Assembly (NCBI RefSeq): GCF_036588685.1
Contig: NC_086381.1
Span: 50,902,001 to 50,966,000, forward strand
From: Mytilus trossulus
Taxonomy: Eukaryota
Direction of reading: 5' to 3'
DNA length: 64,000 nucleotides
Below, piece after piece: positions 43,501 through 55,210 of the stretch; the first letter of the stretch is position 1, and each line of letters begins with the position of its first letter. Below the pieces are notes generated by a model. That model did no database searches, was not told the DNA's origin, and was given only the letters and a program-made list of their open reading frames with translations. Position numbers and translations under genes: made by a program.

Positions 43501-44340
43501 GTTCATCCAATCGTTAATTAAATAAAACCGATTCCGTTCCATGTCTATTTAAAGAATGGCTATAAGCTGATAGACAAAACAACGGTCAGCGAATCTGAAA
43601 ACGTGTTACATCCACATTTTAATTATACCAAAATATAATAGAGAATAGTAGAGAAGGGGATTCACTCGAGGATGGTCAATTACTATAGACCAGCAATTGT
43701 TACATCATTGTCCTTTTGGTGACTGCTGTCATGCCACATATAATTATTCTATATATTGACACAAAACATTTAGATTTGAAAATTTATTTTACAAAGCTGT
43801 GGGAAATTGAAAATTTAAAAACTAAAATCGTCTTTTTTGTCTTGGATTATTGTACTAAGATGACCGTGTATGTCAAATTCGTGGTGGACTATGTTACTGG
43901 AACCCAATCAAAATATTTTGGATTGTTAATAGTAAAAACATAGTAAAGGTTATTTTACCAATGTTGTCATAAGATCTTTGAAAATAGTTTACATTGGCAC
44001 TGATATCGATTTTATCACTAGCAAATTAAAAACATAACTAAATTTATATTCTTTTAAAACGGGAAGAATAAAGACACAGATTCGTTCATTTTTATCTATA
44101 AAGAGGTAAACTCCTAACTGTCTTGCTGCCTGTTGATACATTTATTTTTGGTATTGCACAAGTCAAGTCTTCTTTGACTGTCCATGACGTTAACATACTA
44201 AATCCCTGAGATCTGTTTTAGTTCTCATGCATGCTTTTGTTTTACTATTAATTGTTTTGTCTTTTAACTAGTTGTCAGTAGCTTCGAGTACTCTCTAATT
44301 GTACTTTTTTGCTAATAAAATTAACGGTATCAATTTTCTT

Positions 44341-44384
44341 GCACCAGATGCGCATTTCGACAATACATGTCTCTTCAGTGATGC
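44341..44384 (-). ncRNA. Minimal type I hammerhead ribozyme (intact core) within a dispersed retrozyme-type repeat
   Basis: Minus strand reads GCAUCA-CUGAAGA-GACA(UGUAU)UGUC-GAAA-UGCGCA-UC^-UGGUGC: stem I GCAUCA/UGGUGC, core CUGANGA and GAAA, 4-bp stem II, palindromic stem III and an AUC cleavage triplet. Confidence 0.75.
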
Positions 44385-45717
44385 TCGTGGCCAAAATATT
44401 TGAAATCCAAAGCTTATATAAAAGATGAAGAGCTATAATCCAAAAGGTTCAAAAAGTAAAGCCAAATCCGTGAAAGGAATCAGAGCTTTGCATGAGGGAG
44501 ATACATTCCTTAATTTATAATAATTTCTAATATTTTGTAACAGCAAATTTTAATAACACAAAAATCCGTATTCATGCCAGTACCGAAGTACTGGCTACTG
44601 GGCTGGTGAGTTGACCTGTTGATGCTATTTATAATGCATTTACGTTATTAAATGTTAACTTGTAAATGTGGTATATACCAGTTTGATTTCTTTGAAATTA
44701 CTATAAATTTTCTTTTCTTCGTACTATGAACATCAAAATTGTCCCCTTTCTCCTTTAGAACTGTATATACATCACAATAACGGCACCTGTACCTGAAAAC
44801 CCGAAGTTTTATCGAGCACCAATTGTATAGTTGTATTATTGATATTTACGCCACGTGTACCAGTTTTTAGAATATTTTTTATTGATATGCAAGAATTTTC
44901 TATGTATTTCTGAACGGAAAATTATACAGACAGGTATTAATTTCGGTACAAAAGTTTTCTAAAGATATGTGTAGAAAAAAAGGAATTACACTTTGTTAGA
45001 TATCGATGCAATAGGTAACTCAATTATACACAACTAGAACAAATACGTTTATGAATACAACGTTGAAATATTTATTGTCAAATCAATTATGATAGGAAAA
45101 GCAAATGAAAAATAGATTTAATTACTATTTACATTGAGGGGGTACAAATAAGGTATGTAAAATTAAATCAGGGCGACGAAAAGCATAGTCGATACACAAA
45201 TAAAGTGCGTAGTATTTTTCAGGACTTGTTAGAAGCTGGATGATTCACCCACACAAAATGCAAATATAGACATAACAATAATCATCCACAATTAATTTGA
45301 AACTGTCATGTTTTTCTTTTCTTCAGCACTACTTTTTTGTCTTAAAGCTTTATTCTTTTGCAGTTTTCTTGTCTTAAAATATTATGGTTATTAAAAACCA
45401 GAGACGGTAAACAAATGAAATGAGTGCGATTCTTCCCGAATTAGTCCAAAACTTCACGATTCACTTACACAAAAAGAAACATATTGGCATTAAAACCATC
45501 AATTAAAATTAGTTTGAAACTGTAATGTTTTTATTTTTTCAGCACTACTATCATCTGTGTCTTTCTTCTTTCACATCTTTATTTGCTTAGAATAGGGTTA
45601 TTAAAAAGCAGAGACGGTAAACAAATTGAGTGAGTATTATACTTTCCAAAATAGTCAAAAACTTAAAGATTCAACCACACAAAATGCAAAATATTGGCAT
45701 TAAAACAATCAATTGAA

Positions 45718-46055
45718 GAAAGTAAAAATTCTTAACTCCGAGGAAAATCAAATCATCAAGTCCCTAATCAAATAGCCAAATCAAATGACAAACGAATAGA
45801 TAACAACTGCCATATTCCTGACTTGGTATAGGCATTTTCAAATGTAGAAGATTGTGGATTGAACCTAGTTTTATAGCGCTAAAACTCTCACTTATATGAC
45901 AGTCGCATCAAATCCCGTTATATTTACAACGATGCAACCTAGTTTTATAGCGCTAAAACTCTCACTTATATGACAGTCGCATCCAATCCCGTTATATTTA
46001 CAACGATGCGAGAACAAAACAAATATAATAAACAAAAGTCAAAATATGGGTACAG
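45718..46055. mobile_element. Copy of the most abundant interspersed repeat in the window (aaaatcacaaaaatactgaactccgaggaaaattcaaaacggaaagtccctaatcaaatggc...)
   Basis: Related copies at ~7716, 17311 (inverted), 18162, 20028, 22375, 22735, 25107 and 46255. This copy has an internal ~75-bp tandem duplication (~45862-46008). Confidence 0.7.
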
Positions 46056-46070
46056 TAGAAAAAAAACCAA

Positions 46071-49000
46071 TTAATTTGAAATTGTCATGTTTTTGTTTTT
46101 TTCAGCACCTCTTCCATCTTTGTTTTCCTTTCTCTTGCAGCTTTCTTCGCTTATAACATCGTCTTTCATTATGTTGAATTCCTCTTTTGTTACCATGTTG
46201 TCTACAAATATGTATAAAATGATAAATATTATCATATTGTATTAAGTTAAATAACAAAAATACCGAACTCCGAGTAATCTGCAAAACGGAAATTCTCTAA
46301 TAAAATGGCAAAATCGAAAGTAGAAACTGAACAGAAAGGAATGGAAAACAACTACAACATTCTTGACTTGGTACAGACATTTTTATCATGCAGAGAATGT
46401 TTGATTAAACCTGGGTAAATAAAACTATTATATATGTTACTACTATCATATCATACAGCCTATTCAAGACATTATCTATAACAAATATGTCTATATTATA
46501 ATGAAATTATATAGACAACAATAGTGCATTGACTTTTAGCCGAGCTTTTCCCCCAAGTCAATGCACAATGATTGTCTTAATACTGCAATCTAAAAAAAAT
46601 GTTTTAGACTGTTGTTAAATACGTTAATGTTATCATTTGATTTAAATATTGGGAAACTCCCCCCTTTCACAAAAAGGCCTCATATCATGCAGGCGGAGTA
46701 ATATACTTGAGAATTAAATGCTTCTATTTGTAAATTTATTGGGGTGTAAAAGCGTTGACCGAAGTACATGTTGTATGAGGCGCGGAAGCGCTTCATTCTA
46801 AAAATTTACGCACGATCAACGACTTAACAACCCTATAAAGTTACAAAAAGAAGCATTCAATACTTATAATTACCTTCTTTTTTTTTTAGCTAGGATCATT
46901 AAAACATGATTTCTATCAATTTTTTGTTTAATTCACCTGTGCACTTTATTGTGGGATCTCGTGTCATCATGAATGATAAGTTTTATTGAGTGATGCAATT
47001 GCTTACGGAATAACATGTGATGTGAAGTTAGCCAATCAGAAGAACGTATTATAAGAAACATGTATCTAATGTAATTATAACACGATGAAATGTAAATTAC
47101 CTGTTGAAATTCCCAATCGATAGTGAACGAATATGTTTAAGAATGAACATGATGAATTAAAATATCAACAATAAGCATAAAACATAATGATTTGTAGTTT
47201 GCAGACCAGAAATATTAACAAATGAAACATGTTTTTTTTCCAAAAAATTGCAAAATAAATAAGTTTAAGTCGTTGTATACATTGAAAACATGAACAGGTT
47301 GAATATAGGTCGTATGAATAATCAATTATAATTTCGGAACTTTCTATAAATATTCATGAGGAAAAGTGATATCATGTCAGTGACTTTATATGATAAGAAA
47401 TATACGGTCAACGCATTTTGACTGCTCAAATAGAACGAGTGCAGTATAATCTGTATTAAATTTTATATTGGTCTTAAATATAGTATATTGATACCAGTAT
47501 ATTACCGAAGTTATCTAATCGAGAGTGAGATTATCAATTTTAAAATTTTAGCTTTGACGAGGACTTTAAAATTCATAATTTAACCATCGAGTTACTATGC
47601 AAGAATCTGTGTCTGTAATGATTAAAAGTTTTTATTTTCTGTTATACCAAATACTACCCCTTGGAGTGCCCTCCACCTTTCACAAAGTTGTCAATTTCAG
47701 TAACTCCTGTTAGCATATGATTAATTCAGTTGGCTGATAAAGGTCACGACCTTAAAATTATTCCAATCATCTTTTGAGATCACCGGAAACCACACGTTAA
47801 TTATCTTTTTTATATGATGAGTGCAGATTGAAATAATGTCAACGATTTAGAGAAGATCACTTATAGCGTTTTAACCAACATTTTTTTTTTGGAAAAAAAC
47901 TTCTACAGGATTAACAGGTACATTGCATTTTTTGTAGATGACAGACTGAATATAGCACCAATTTTCAAAAGTATGCTAAATCACTAATTTGAAACTTTCT
48001 ATCATTCATTATTTTGTCAATTGTTTATCGATTACAGTTTGAATTTGTTTTATAAGAAGAATAGATTATATGAATTTGAAGCAAATATGGGACAGAAGAT
48101 ACACAAGTGATATCAAACTCACCAGTCGATATGACAAGCTAACAACACCATTGCAAAAAAATCTCCAACGAAAAAAGATCAATAGAAAAACAATCAGTAC
48201 GCAAAACATAACAAAGCTATAGACTGAGCTATACGAACCCCATTGAAAAAATACCGGGTGATCCCACGAGCCGCGGAAGCAGTTAATCGATAATCATAGT
48301 GCATACATCCATTGAGAAAAAAAAAACACTTGAAGGTGTAAAACAACTTGGTGAATCGTATGAACTCCAAAAGTAGCGAGAAATGAGCGTGCTAAGGAAG
48401 TAAGCGTCACCTGATAATCACGTTAGTTTCATACTTTTAAAAAAAACCAACATGATTTTAATGGAAATATGTACTATGCAATCAATTCTCAATTCCTTAG
48501 AGGTATCTTTTTCCGAACATGTCACAATCGTGAATAGAACACGACCAACACTGTTGCTTTATATATCAGACGAACACTCTGTTGTTTAATCATCTAAGTT
48601 CACGACAATATGTCGCTGGTAAATTAAGACACAGTTAAAACGTTTTGTATGAACAAACCTGATGATAACCGAATACCATATAGCGTTTTTTTTTCGCGTG
48701 GTGCAAATTTTCGCTCATTTTCGCGGATAAAAAATACCGCCAATTCAAAACGGCCCATACAAAGGTATTGATAAAAAATTTTAAACCGCCAAAATAATAA
48801 CCACCAAAATATTTCGTATAGTTTACCTTATTTAAGAAAAATGTTACATCCGCAAAAATAGCCAGCTGTACGGTACTTTATGTTGTAAAATTATAAGATG
48901 TGATACGATTTACACATAAAACAACTTTAACCGAGAGACTAAAGGATGTAGACGTAAGCAATAACCGGTCACCAAACGACCTTCGACAATGACCAAAATC

Positions 49001-49953
49001 CGACTCAATATACAAACAGTTCAAATAAATGATAAAACTGTAAACCTGATATTTGTACAAAACAAAAATTGAAACAAAAGATATGATAAACCTCAACAAC
49101 GACAACAACTGAACTACAGGCTCATGACATGAGACAGACAAATAAACAATGTTGCAGGGTGGATTGACATTCAAGAGTGTTTATAACCCTAAAAACTTTG
49201 AATTGATTAAGGTTAAATAGTCTAACTAAGAGACACAAATGTAGAGTTTCAAAGAATGCCAGAATATAAGAATTTAAAAGAAACCATACATGCCCTGAAC
49301 ATTTTCTATGGTTTCCCCAATTGAAGAATGCAGTTTTTATCAGTTCAAATCAGTGTTTTGATGATGCCACTTTTAAGAACTTAGACTCAACAATATATCG
49401 TTCTGCATTCCTAAATATTCGTACAATGAAATATATAATAAAAGTATTCTTAAATTCACATCTCTACAATTCGAAAAACAAATTAAAATAATGAAGGATA
49501 GCATTTGGACATCTTCATAGGGAAAGAAAGGAAATTGTATTATCTTTTTAACATACCTTCGTCGATGTCCAATTCTGCAAACAAGTTGTGAAGAATTTCA
49601 GGTGTGTTGACGCCATCATCCAAATTTACAAAAATCTTCTCCAGATCGTTTTTCGTTATATAACCTTTTCCATTTGAGTCATACGGGTTGAATACACATG
49701 GATTGAGTGGAGTCTTGTGTTGATTGTTTCCATCATACTCCATCTCCACATGAAACTTTCGGTCTTTAGATTTTACCTCCGAACTTCTCTTGAATCTTGC
49801 TGAATATTCAATATGAACTTCCCAGTTATGGTTGTTGTCATAAGACGCTCTGCCCCTAATGGAATGGTTTACATTTCTATTGCTATTACACTCTTCGCTG
49901 ATGCCAAAAAACAAAACCAGATATACAGCGATGGTACCAATCACTTTCATCAT
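46071..49953 (-). CDS. Secreted peptide precursor, divergent copy 3 (signal - peptide - KR - EF-hand pair), 175 aa, 2 coding exons
   Basis: Exons 49953-49557 (ttaag|ATGATG ... GAAG|gtatgt, phase 1) and 46201-46071 (tgtag|AC AAC ATG GTA ... TAA): MMKVIGTIAVYLVLFFGISEE-CNSNRNVNHSIRGRASYDNNHNWEVHIEYSARF-KR-SSEV...FHVEMEY...PLNPCVFNPYDSNGKGYITKNDL...LDIDEDNMVTKEEF...EESCKRK...ISN*. Pro-domain clearly homologous to copies 1 and 2. Confidence 0.88.
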
Positions 49954-50257
49954 CTTAAGTAACATAGTTTATAGAAATGTAAATACCAGTAATAATAAAT
50001 TTTAATCAATATACGAAACAAATAAGTATACAGTATGAATCTGAATGAACAACCGATATTTTATAAAGGATTAGTGATATACACCATTGTTAAACGTATG
50101 ATAATATACCCGAACTACTGTCATTTTTTAAATCTGCTCACCCAACCGATCGAAGCCCTTTAGATCACTTAGTTTTTGGTGGGTCTCGTGCTGTTTAGTC
50201 TTAAGTTTTCTATGTTGTGTTTTTTGTACGTACTTTTTGTTTGTCTTTTTTCATGCA

Positions 50258-51450
50258 AGCCATGGCGTAGTGCTCGACATATGAGTAGCCGTGGCGTAGT
50301 GCTTGACATATGAGTAGCCGTGGCGTAGTGCTTGACCGGCGAGTAGCGATAGCGTAATGCTCGACTTATGAGTAGCCGTGGCGTAGTGCTCGATTTTTGA
50401 GTAGCCGTGGCGTAGTGCTGGACTTGTGAGTAACCGTGGCGTAGTGCTCAATTCATGAGTAGCCGTGGCGTAGTGCTCGATTTATGAGTAGCCGTGGCGT
50501 AGTGCTCGATTTATGAGTAGCCTGGCGTAGTGCTCGACTTATGGTTAGCCTGGTGTGGTGCTCGACGTATGAGTAGCCTGGCGTAGTGCTCGACTTATGA
50601 TTAGCCTGTCGTAGTGCTCGACTTATGAGTAGCCTGTCGTAGTGCTAGACTTATGAGTAGCCTGTCGTAGTGCTCGACTTATGAGTAGCCTGGCGTAGTG
50701 TTCGACTTATGAGTAGCCTGGCGTAGTGCTCGACTTATGAGTAGCCTGGCGTAGTGCTCGACTTATGAGTAGCCTGGCGTAGTGCTCGACGTATGAGTAG
50801 CCTGGCGTATTGCTCGACTTATGAGTAGCCTGGCGTAGTGCTCGACGTATGAGTAGCCTGGCGTATTGCTCGACTTATGAGTAGCCTGGCGTAGTGCTCG
50901 ACTTATGAGTAGCCTGGCGTAGTGCTCGACGTATGAGTAGCCTGGCGTAGTGCTCGACGTATGAGTAGCCTGGCGTAGTGCTCGACGTATGAGTAGCCTG
51001 GCGTAGTGCTCGACGTATGAGTAGCCTGGCGTAGTGCTCGACGTATGAGTAGCCTGGCGTAGTGCTCGACGTATGAGTAGCCTGGCGTAGTGCTCGACTT
51101 ATGAGTAGACTGGCGTAGTGCTCGACGTATGAGTAGCCTGGCGTAGTGCTCGACGTATGAGTAGCCTGGCGTAGTGCTCGACGTATGAGTAGCCTGGCGT
51201 AGTGCTCGACGTATGAGTAGCCTGGCGTAGTGCTCGACGTATGAGTAGCCTGGCGTAGTGCTCGACGTATGAGTAGCCTGGCGTAGTGCTCGACGTATGA
51301 GTAGCCTGGCGTAGTGCTCGACGTATGAGTAGCCTGGCGTATTGCTCGACTTATGAGTAGCCTGGCGTAGTGCTCGACTTATGAGTGATCGTGGCTTAGT
51401 GCTCGACTTATAAGTAGCCGTGGCGTAGTGCTCGACTTATGAGTAGCCGT
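50258..51450. repeat. CpG-rich minisatellite, 28/29-bp unit (tatgagtagcc(g)tggcgtagtgctcgac[g/t]), ~42 copies, in intron 1 of precursor copy 3
   Basis: Direct head-to-tail repetition with no unique spacers. Confidence 0.95.
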
Positions 51451-51915
51451 AGAATCGTGCCTTTAATTGACTTGATATGAGTTTAAAATAATATAGATTA
51501 TTAAATATGCGACAACAACACTTAATAAGGACAGACACGTTTATGCGTGGTGAGTTTAATGTTACTATAAATTATTTGTTGAAGTAATCCATCCTACTTG
51601 TTATTTTTCTCGATCAGTTGTTCAGAGAAAAAACGTTGTGTGATAAAATCAGATGGGAAACTCTGCGAACTAATGTTATTGCAAAAAAAGGTTACAATAA
51701 AGCAATTCGGGGAAGAAAAAAAAAAAGAAACTAAATAAATTCAGCAAAGTTATTTGGATTAGCATTTCGTAAACCAGATGCGCGTCGTCAAAAGTTTCAT
51801 CAGTGACGTTTTATACAGTTTTTACTGAAATAATAAGATATGAATTCAGTAAATTAGCAGTGTGTTTTTCTTTTGTCTTCCTAGACCTAAAATATGAAAA
51901 CATGCAAACACTTAC

Positions 51916-52139
51916 TTTTTACAATTTTTCCTTAGTATTACACCAGTCGAAATTTCCAGTCTGTCGATATTTCTTTACTTTTATAGCAGATGATACTTCC
52001 TGCATTATTAGACAGTTTGCACAAGGAAGATGCATTTTAAAGTACTTATCAATTATGCAACTTATATTGAGGAAACATCATTATGCAACTCTTCACATTA
52101 TTTAAAAAATAAAAGCACATTTATAACTAGGGGATTTAT
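51916..52139 (-). promoter_or_regulatory. Promoter and non-coding exon 1 of precursor copy 3
   Basis: GGGGATTTAT at 52130-52139 (+); on the - strand ATGCATCTTCCT, CAGGAAGT (52002-51995), TATAAAA (51985-51979) and donor gtaagt at 51915. Spacing matches copies 1 and 2 although the flanks are divergent. Confidence 0.65.
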
Positions 52140-53543
52140 TTCAAAATTTTCTTCCCGATTAGGATGTGCTTTGAATCAGTCATTTTGTGATATCATAATA
52201 TTTATCGGTCGTCCCACTGTCTATATCACTCTGCTCGGCTCTTAATAAAATTGTATATCACGGCTTTGTGGTGTCAAATACAAAATAAGCATAAGTAAAC
52301 AAATGTTAGCCAAATGTGTGATATATGCCTAGAAAGGTAAAGAAAACAGCTTTTATGATGAGTGTATTTACAACCACTGGGTCGATGCCACTGCTGGTAG
52401 AGATTTATTTCCCCGAGGGTATCACAAGCCCAGTAGTCTGCACTTGTTGTGTTGACATGAATGATCATTGATATGGTTATATTTATAAAATAACTGTTTA
52501 CAAATTCTGATTTTTTTGAAATAGTAAGGCTTTTCTACCTCAGGCATAAATTTGGCAAAACTTTAAGGAAATTTGGTCCTCAACGCTCTTCAACGTCGTA
52601 ATTTATTTGGCCTTTTTAATGGCATCATTTACTGTCAGCTTTTTGGGAAATTGAGCGTTGATTTTTAGAGAAAAAAGAAAGGAGTAAGGACTGATTTTGG
52701 CCTCAAATTTAAGTTTCATCTGACGAAAGATTTTGACCACTTTTTAAACACTTAAGTGTCTATTTCATATGATTCAATTAATTTATGTGCAAGATTTTAA
52801 CTTATTTAGTCATTAAAAACGATCTGATTCAACCTCAAATATGAAAAATCTACCAAATATGCGAAAAAATGTCAATTTTCAGATGTTTTTTGTAAGAAAC
52901 GAAAGTGGCCGCATCCGTGTTCATCCTCAATCTTTTTTTTTTTTAAACAATTAGATCATCTTTATTGCACTAAATGCTGTTTAACAATTTACCTAGCTTA
53001 CAGCTTTAGGCTAAGTATCCCTGTATATCAATTATTATACATCCAGGGAGAATATATAATAAAATATTATATTAATGTTAGTATTTTACAATGAAACATA
53101 ATACATTATATAAATAAACATCAATCTTTACATATGTTATGTATTATCATCAAATATAACTTCCATTTTAATATTTTGGATGTTTTTGATTGAACACGAA
53201 TGCGGCCACTTTCGCCGAAAAAAAAGCTGAACATCAAAATGGACGCCATTTCCATGAGCAAAGCTCAAAATCAATTTCTTAAGTTTTAGTTGCAAAGGAT
53301 ATTAGTTATGTAGTTTGTGTACAGAGGATGGTAAAAATCTGTGACATAGGTGCGAACACTAATGTTGGTCCTTACAGAGAATGGCTCTTATTAACTATAA
53401 CCGGACATATCAGCAACGGCATAAATTAATGTTTGAACCGGTGTTGATCAGTTTGACCTGAACTTATCAAGTCAACTTCCGGTTGCTGGTGAAACTAAGA
53501 AAACACTTCGAAAAGACGCAAATACAACCCGATAAACCGATTA

Positions 53544-53694
53544 TCAGGTTATCTGCATATTGATATTGTAAAATATCAGCTGCTCGACACAAAATGAAGA
53601 CTTTTTGATCTCGTTTGCTGCGCTTACTCGACAAAAATCGTCATATCGTGACTCGCAGCTGATATTTTACAATATCAACATGCAGACAACCTGA
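53544..53694. repeat. Inverted-repeat (MITE-like) element with ~40-bp arms
   Basis: tcaggttatctgcatattgatattgtaaaatatcagctgc pairs with gcagctgatattttacaatatcaacatgcagacaacctga. Confidence 0.75.
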
Positions 53695-54096
53695 AAGCGG
53701 TACGTATAAGGTCAACATAGATACAAGGTTTTGAATTTTGTACGCCATATGAGTGTTATGTCTACAAACAGTCATCAGTGGTACTTGAATAAAAAAGGTA
53801 AAAAGGCCAAAAATGTTAGAAGTATGAACATGAACGACACAAAATTCCGAAAGGTATGGTAAAAAAAAGATAAGGTATCTATTCCTTGTAATATACCACT
53901 GTAAAAATTCCAACGTATGTCTATGCTCGTTAAATTTTCTATTGAGTAATAAGAAAAATACATGAAATAAAAGCTATGTTTTGATAATCATAATCATTTA
54001 TAAGTATAGGACTGGTATGCTCACAAAGCTTAGTCAAATACTAGTACTCAAAGAGAGTAACAACAAAGCAATACTAGATAAACTCAGCATCGATAC

Positions 54097-54229
54097 TAGT
54101 CCAAATAATTATGACGTCTGGCAAGGCTATTTTAATTTTTTTCTGGGACGCCTTCCTACAACCGTCGTAGGAAGGCGTCCCAGAAAAAAAATAAAATAGC
54201 CGTCCCAGACGTCATAATTATTTGGACTT
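54097..54229. mobile_element. Fold-back (palindromic) MITE with 9-bp target-site duplication
   Basis: Arms agtccaaataattatgacgtctgg...gggacgccttcctac and gtaggaaggcgtccc...ccagacgtcataattatttggact, flanked by CATCGATAC at 54088-54096 and 54230-54238. Confidence 0.8.
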
Positions 54230-54259
54230 CATCGATACCAGAATTACAATTATTATTTT

Positions 54260-55210
54260 ACACAAAAAAAAATCGACCAAAAGACAAAAAAACAACAGTT
54301 AACAAAAAACGAAATAGAAATCTAAAGACTGAACAACACGAATCCAACCAAAAAATTCGGGGTAATATCAGGTGCCCCGAAGGATTAACTGACTTTGATC
54401 TGCACGTGGCATCCGTCATATTACTCATGTAAGTACAAATCAGGTATTACTCTTACAAGCCATGCATGCCATACTCGAGAGAAAAAGGACGGAACTGTAA
54501 AGCAGGTACTCCACATTAGTTTATCAACTCGTAATGGAGTCCGTTAAAATGTTTAAAGGAATGACTTCAACTACAACTGTTGAATCATTGATTACATGGC
54601 TTTCTAGTTAACAGCAACCCCCTCTATCAAGATAATAATTCTACGAAATGCAAGTAGTGGAATATTATATCAACTGCGAAATATACTTCATATGCAGGCA
54701 ACCTTGAATGTTTAGTTGCTACATGGAAATGGAAAATTTACAATTTTGAACTTGAAATCATCGTTTTTGTTGTTAAGTTTTCATCTAAACTTCAAGGTTA
54801 TTTCAATGCTTTCATTACAGCCACCAAACTTTGAATTGTGTAGTCGGAGGACATTATCTTTATACTTGAACGTGAATATTAGGATAAATGCTACCTTCTT
54901 AAAGTTCTCCCTTAGGTGTATTATGCAAAACCTTTCTAAATGTTTGTCCCTCAATGTTCGTCATCACATACTTGATTTGGCCTTTAAGTTTTTTATTCGA
55001 GCGTCACTGTTGACGAAACGCGCGTCTGGCGTACAAAATTATAAGCCTAGTATCTTGATGACGTTTTCCACTCAGAAGCTCCTAGTATATGCATTTTTGT
55101 TTTATTTAATTTAGGGAACACATCGGCTAGAGGTGGTGCACTAATGGTTCCCATGAGGATGCCGATTGTTTGTTGAACCACATGTCGTTCAAATGTGACG
55201 TCAATCAAGA
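54260..55210 (-). mobile_element. Decayed Penelope-like retroelement (RT fragment plus 3' region)
   Basis: Minus-strand translation VTFERHVVQQTIGILMGTISAPPLADVF (~55110-55205) resembles the PLE RT motif QxxGIPMGxxxAPxLAxLF. 54520-54770 gives DDF..IVNFPF.CSN and AY.VYISQLI-like remnants with stops and frameshifts. Confidence 0.65.

Noticed and set aside
49954-49965. Upstream ATG (MLLK) as start of copy 3
   Set aside because: It lies before the ttaag acceptor; both paralogs start at ag|ATGATG, so 49953 is preferred.
50258-51450. CRISPR-like array of ~28-bp repeats
   Set aside because: Units are directly adjacent with no unique spacers, there are no cas genes, and the context is a eukaryotic intron.
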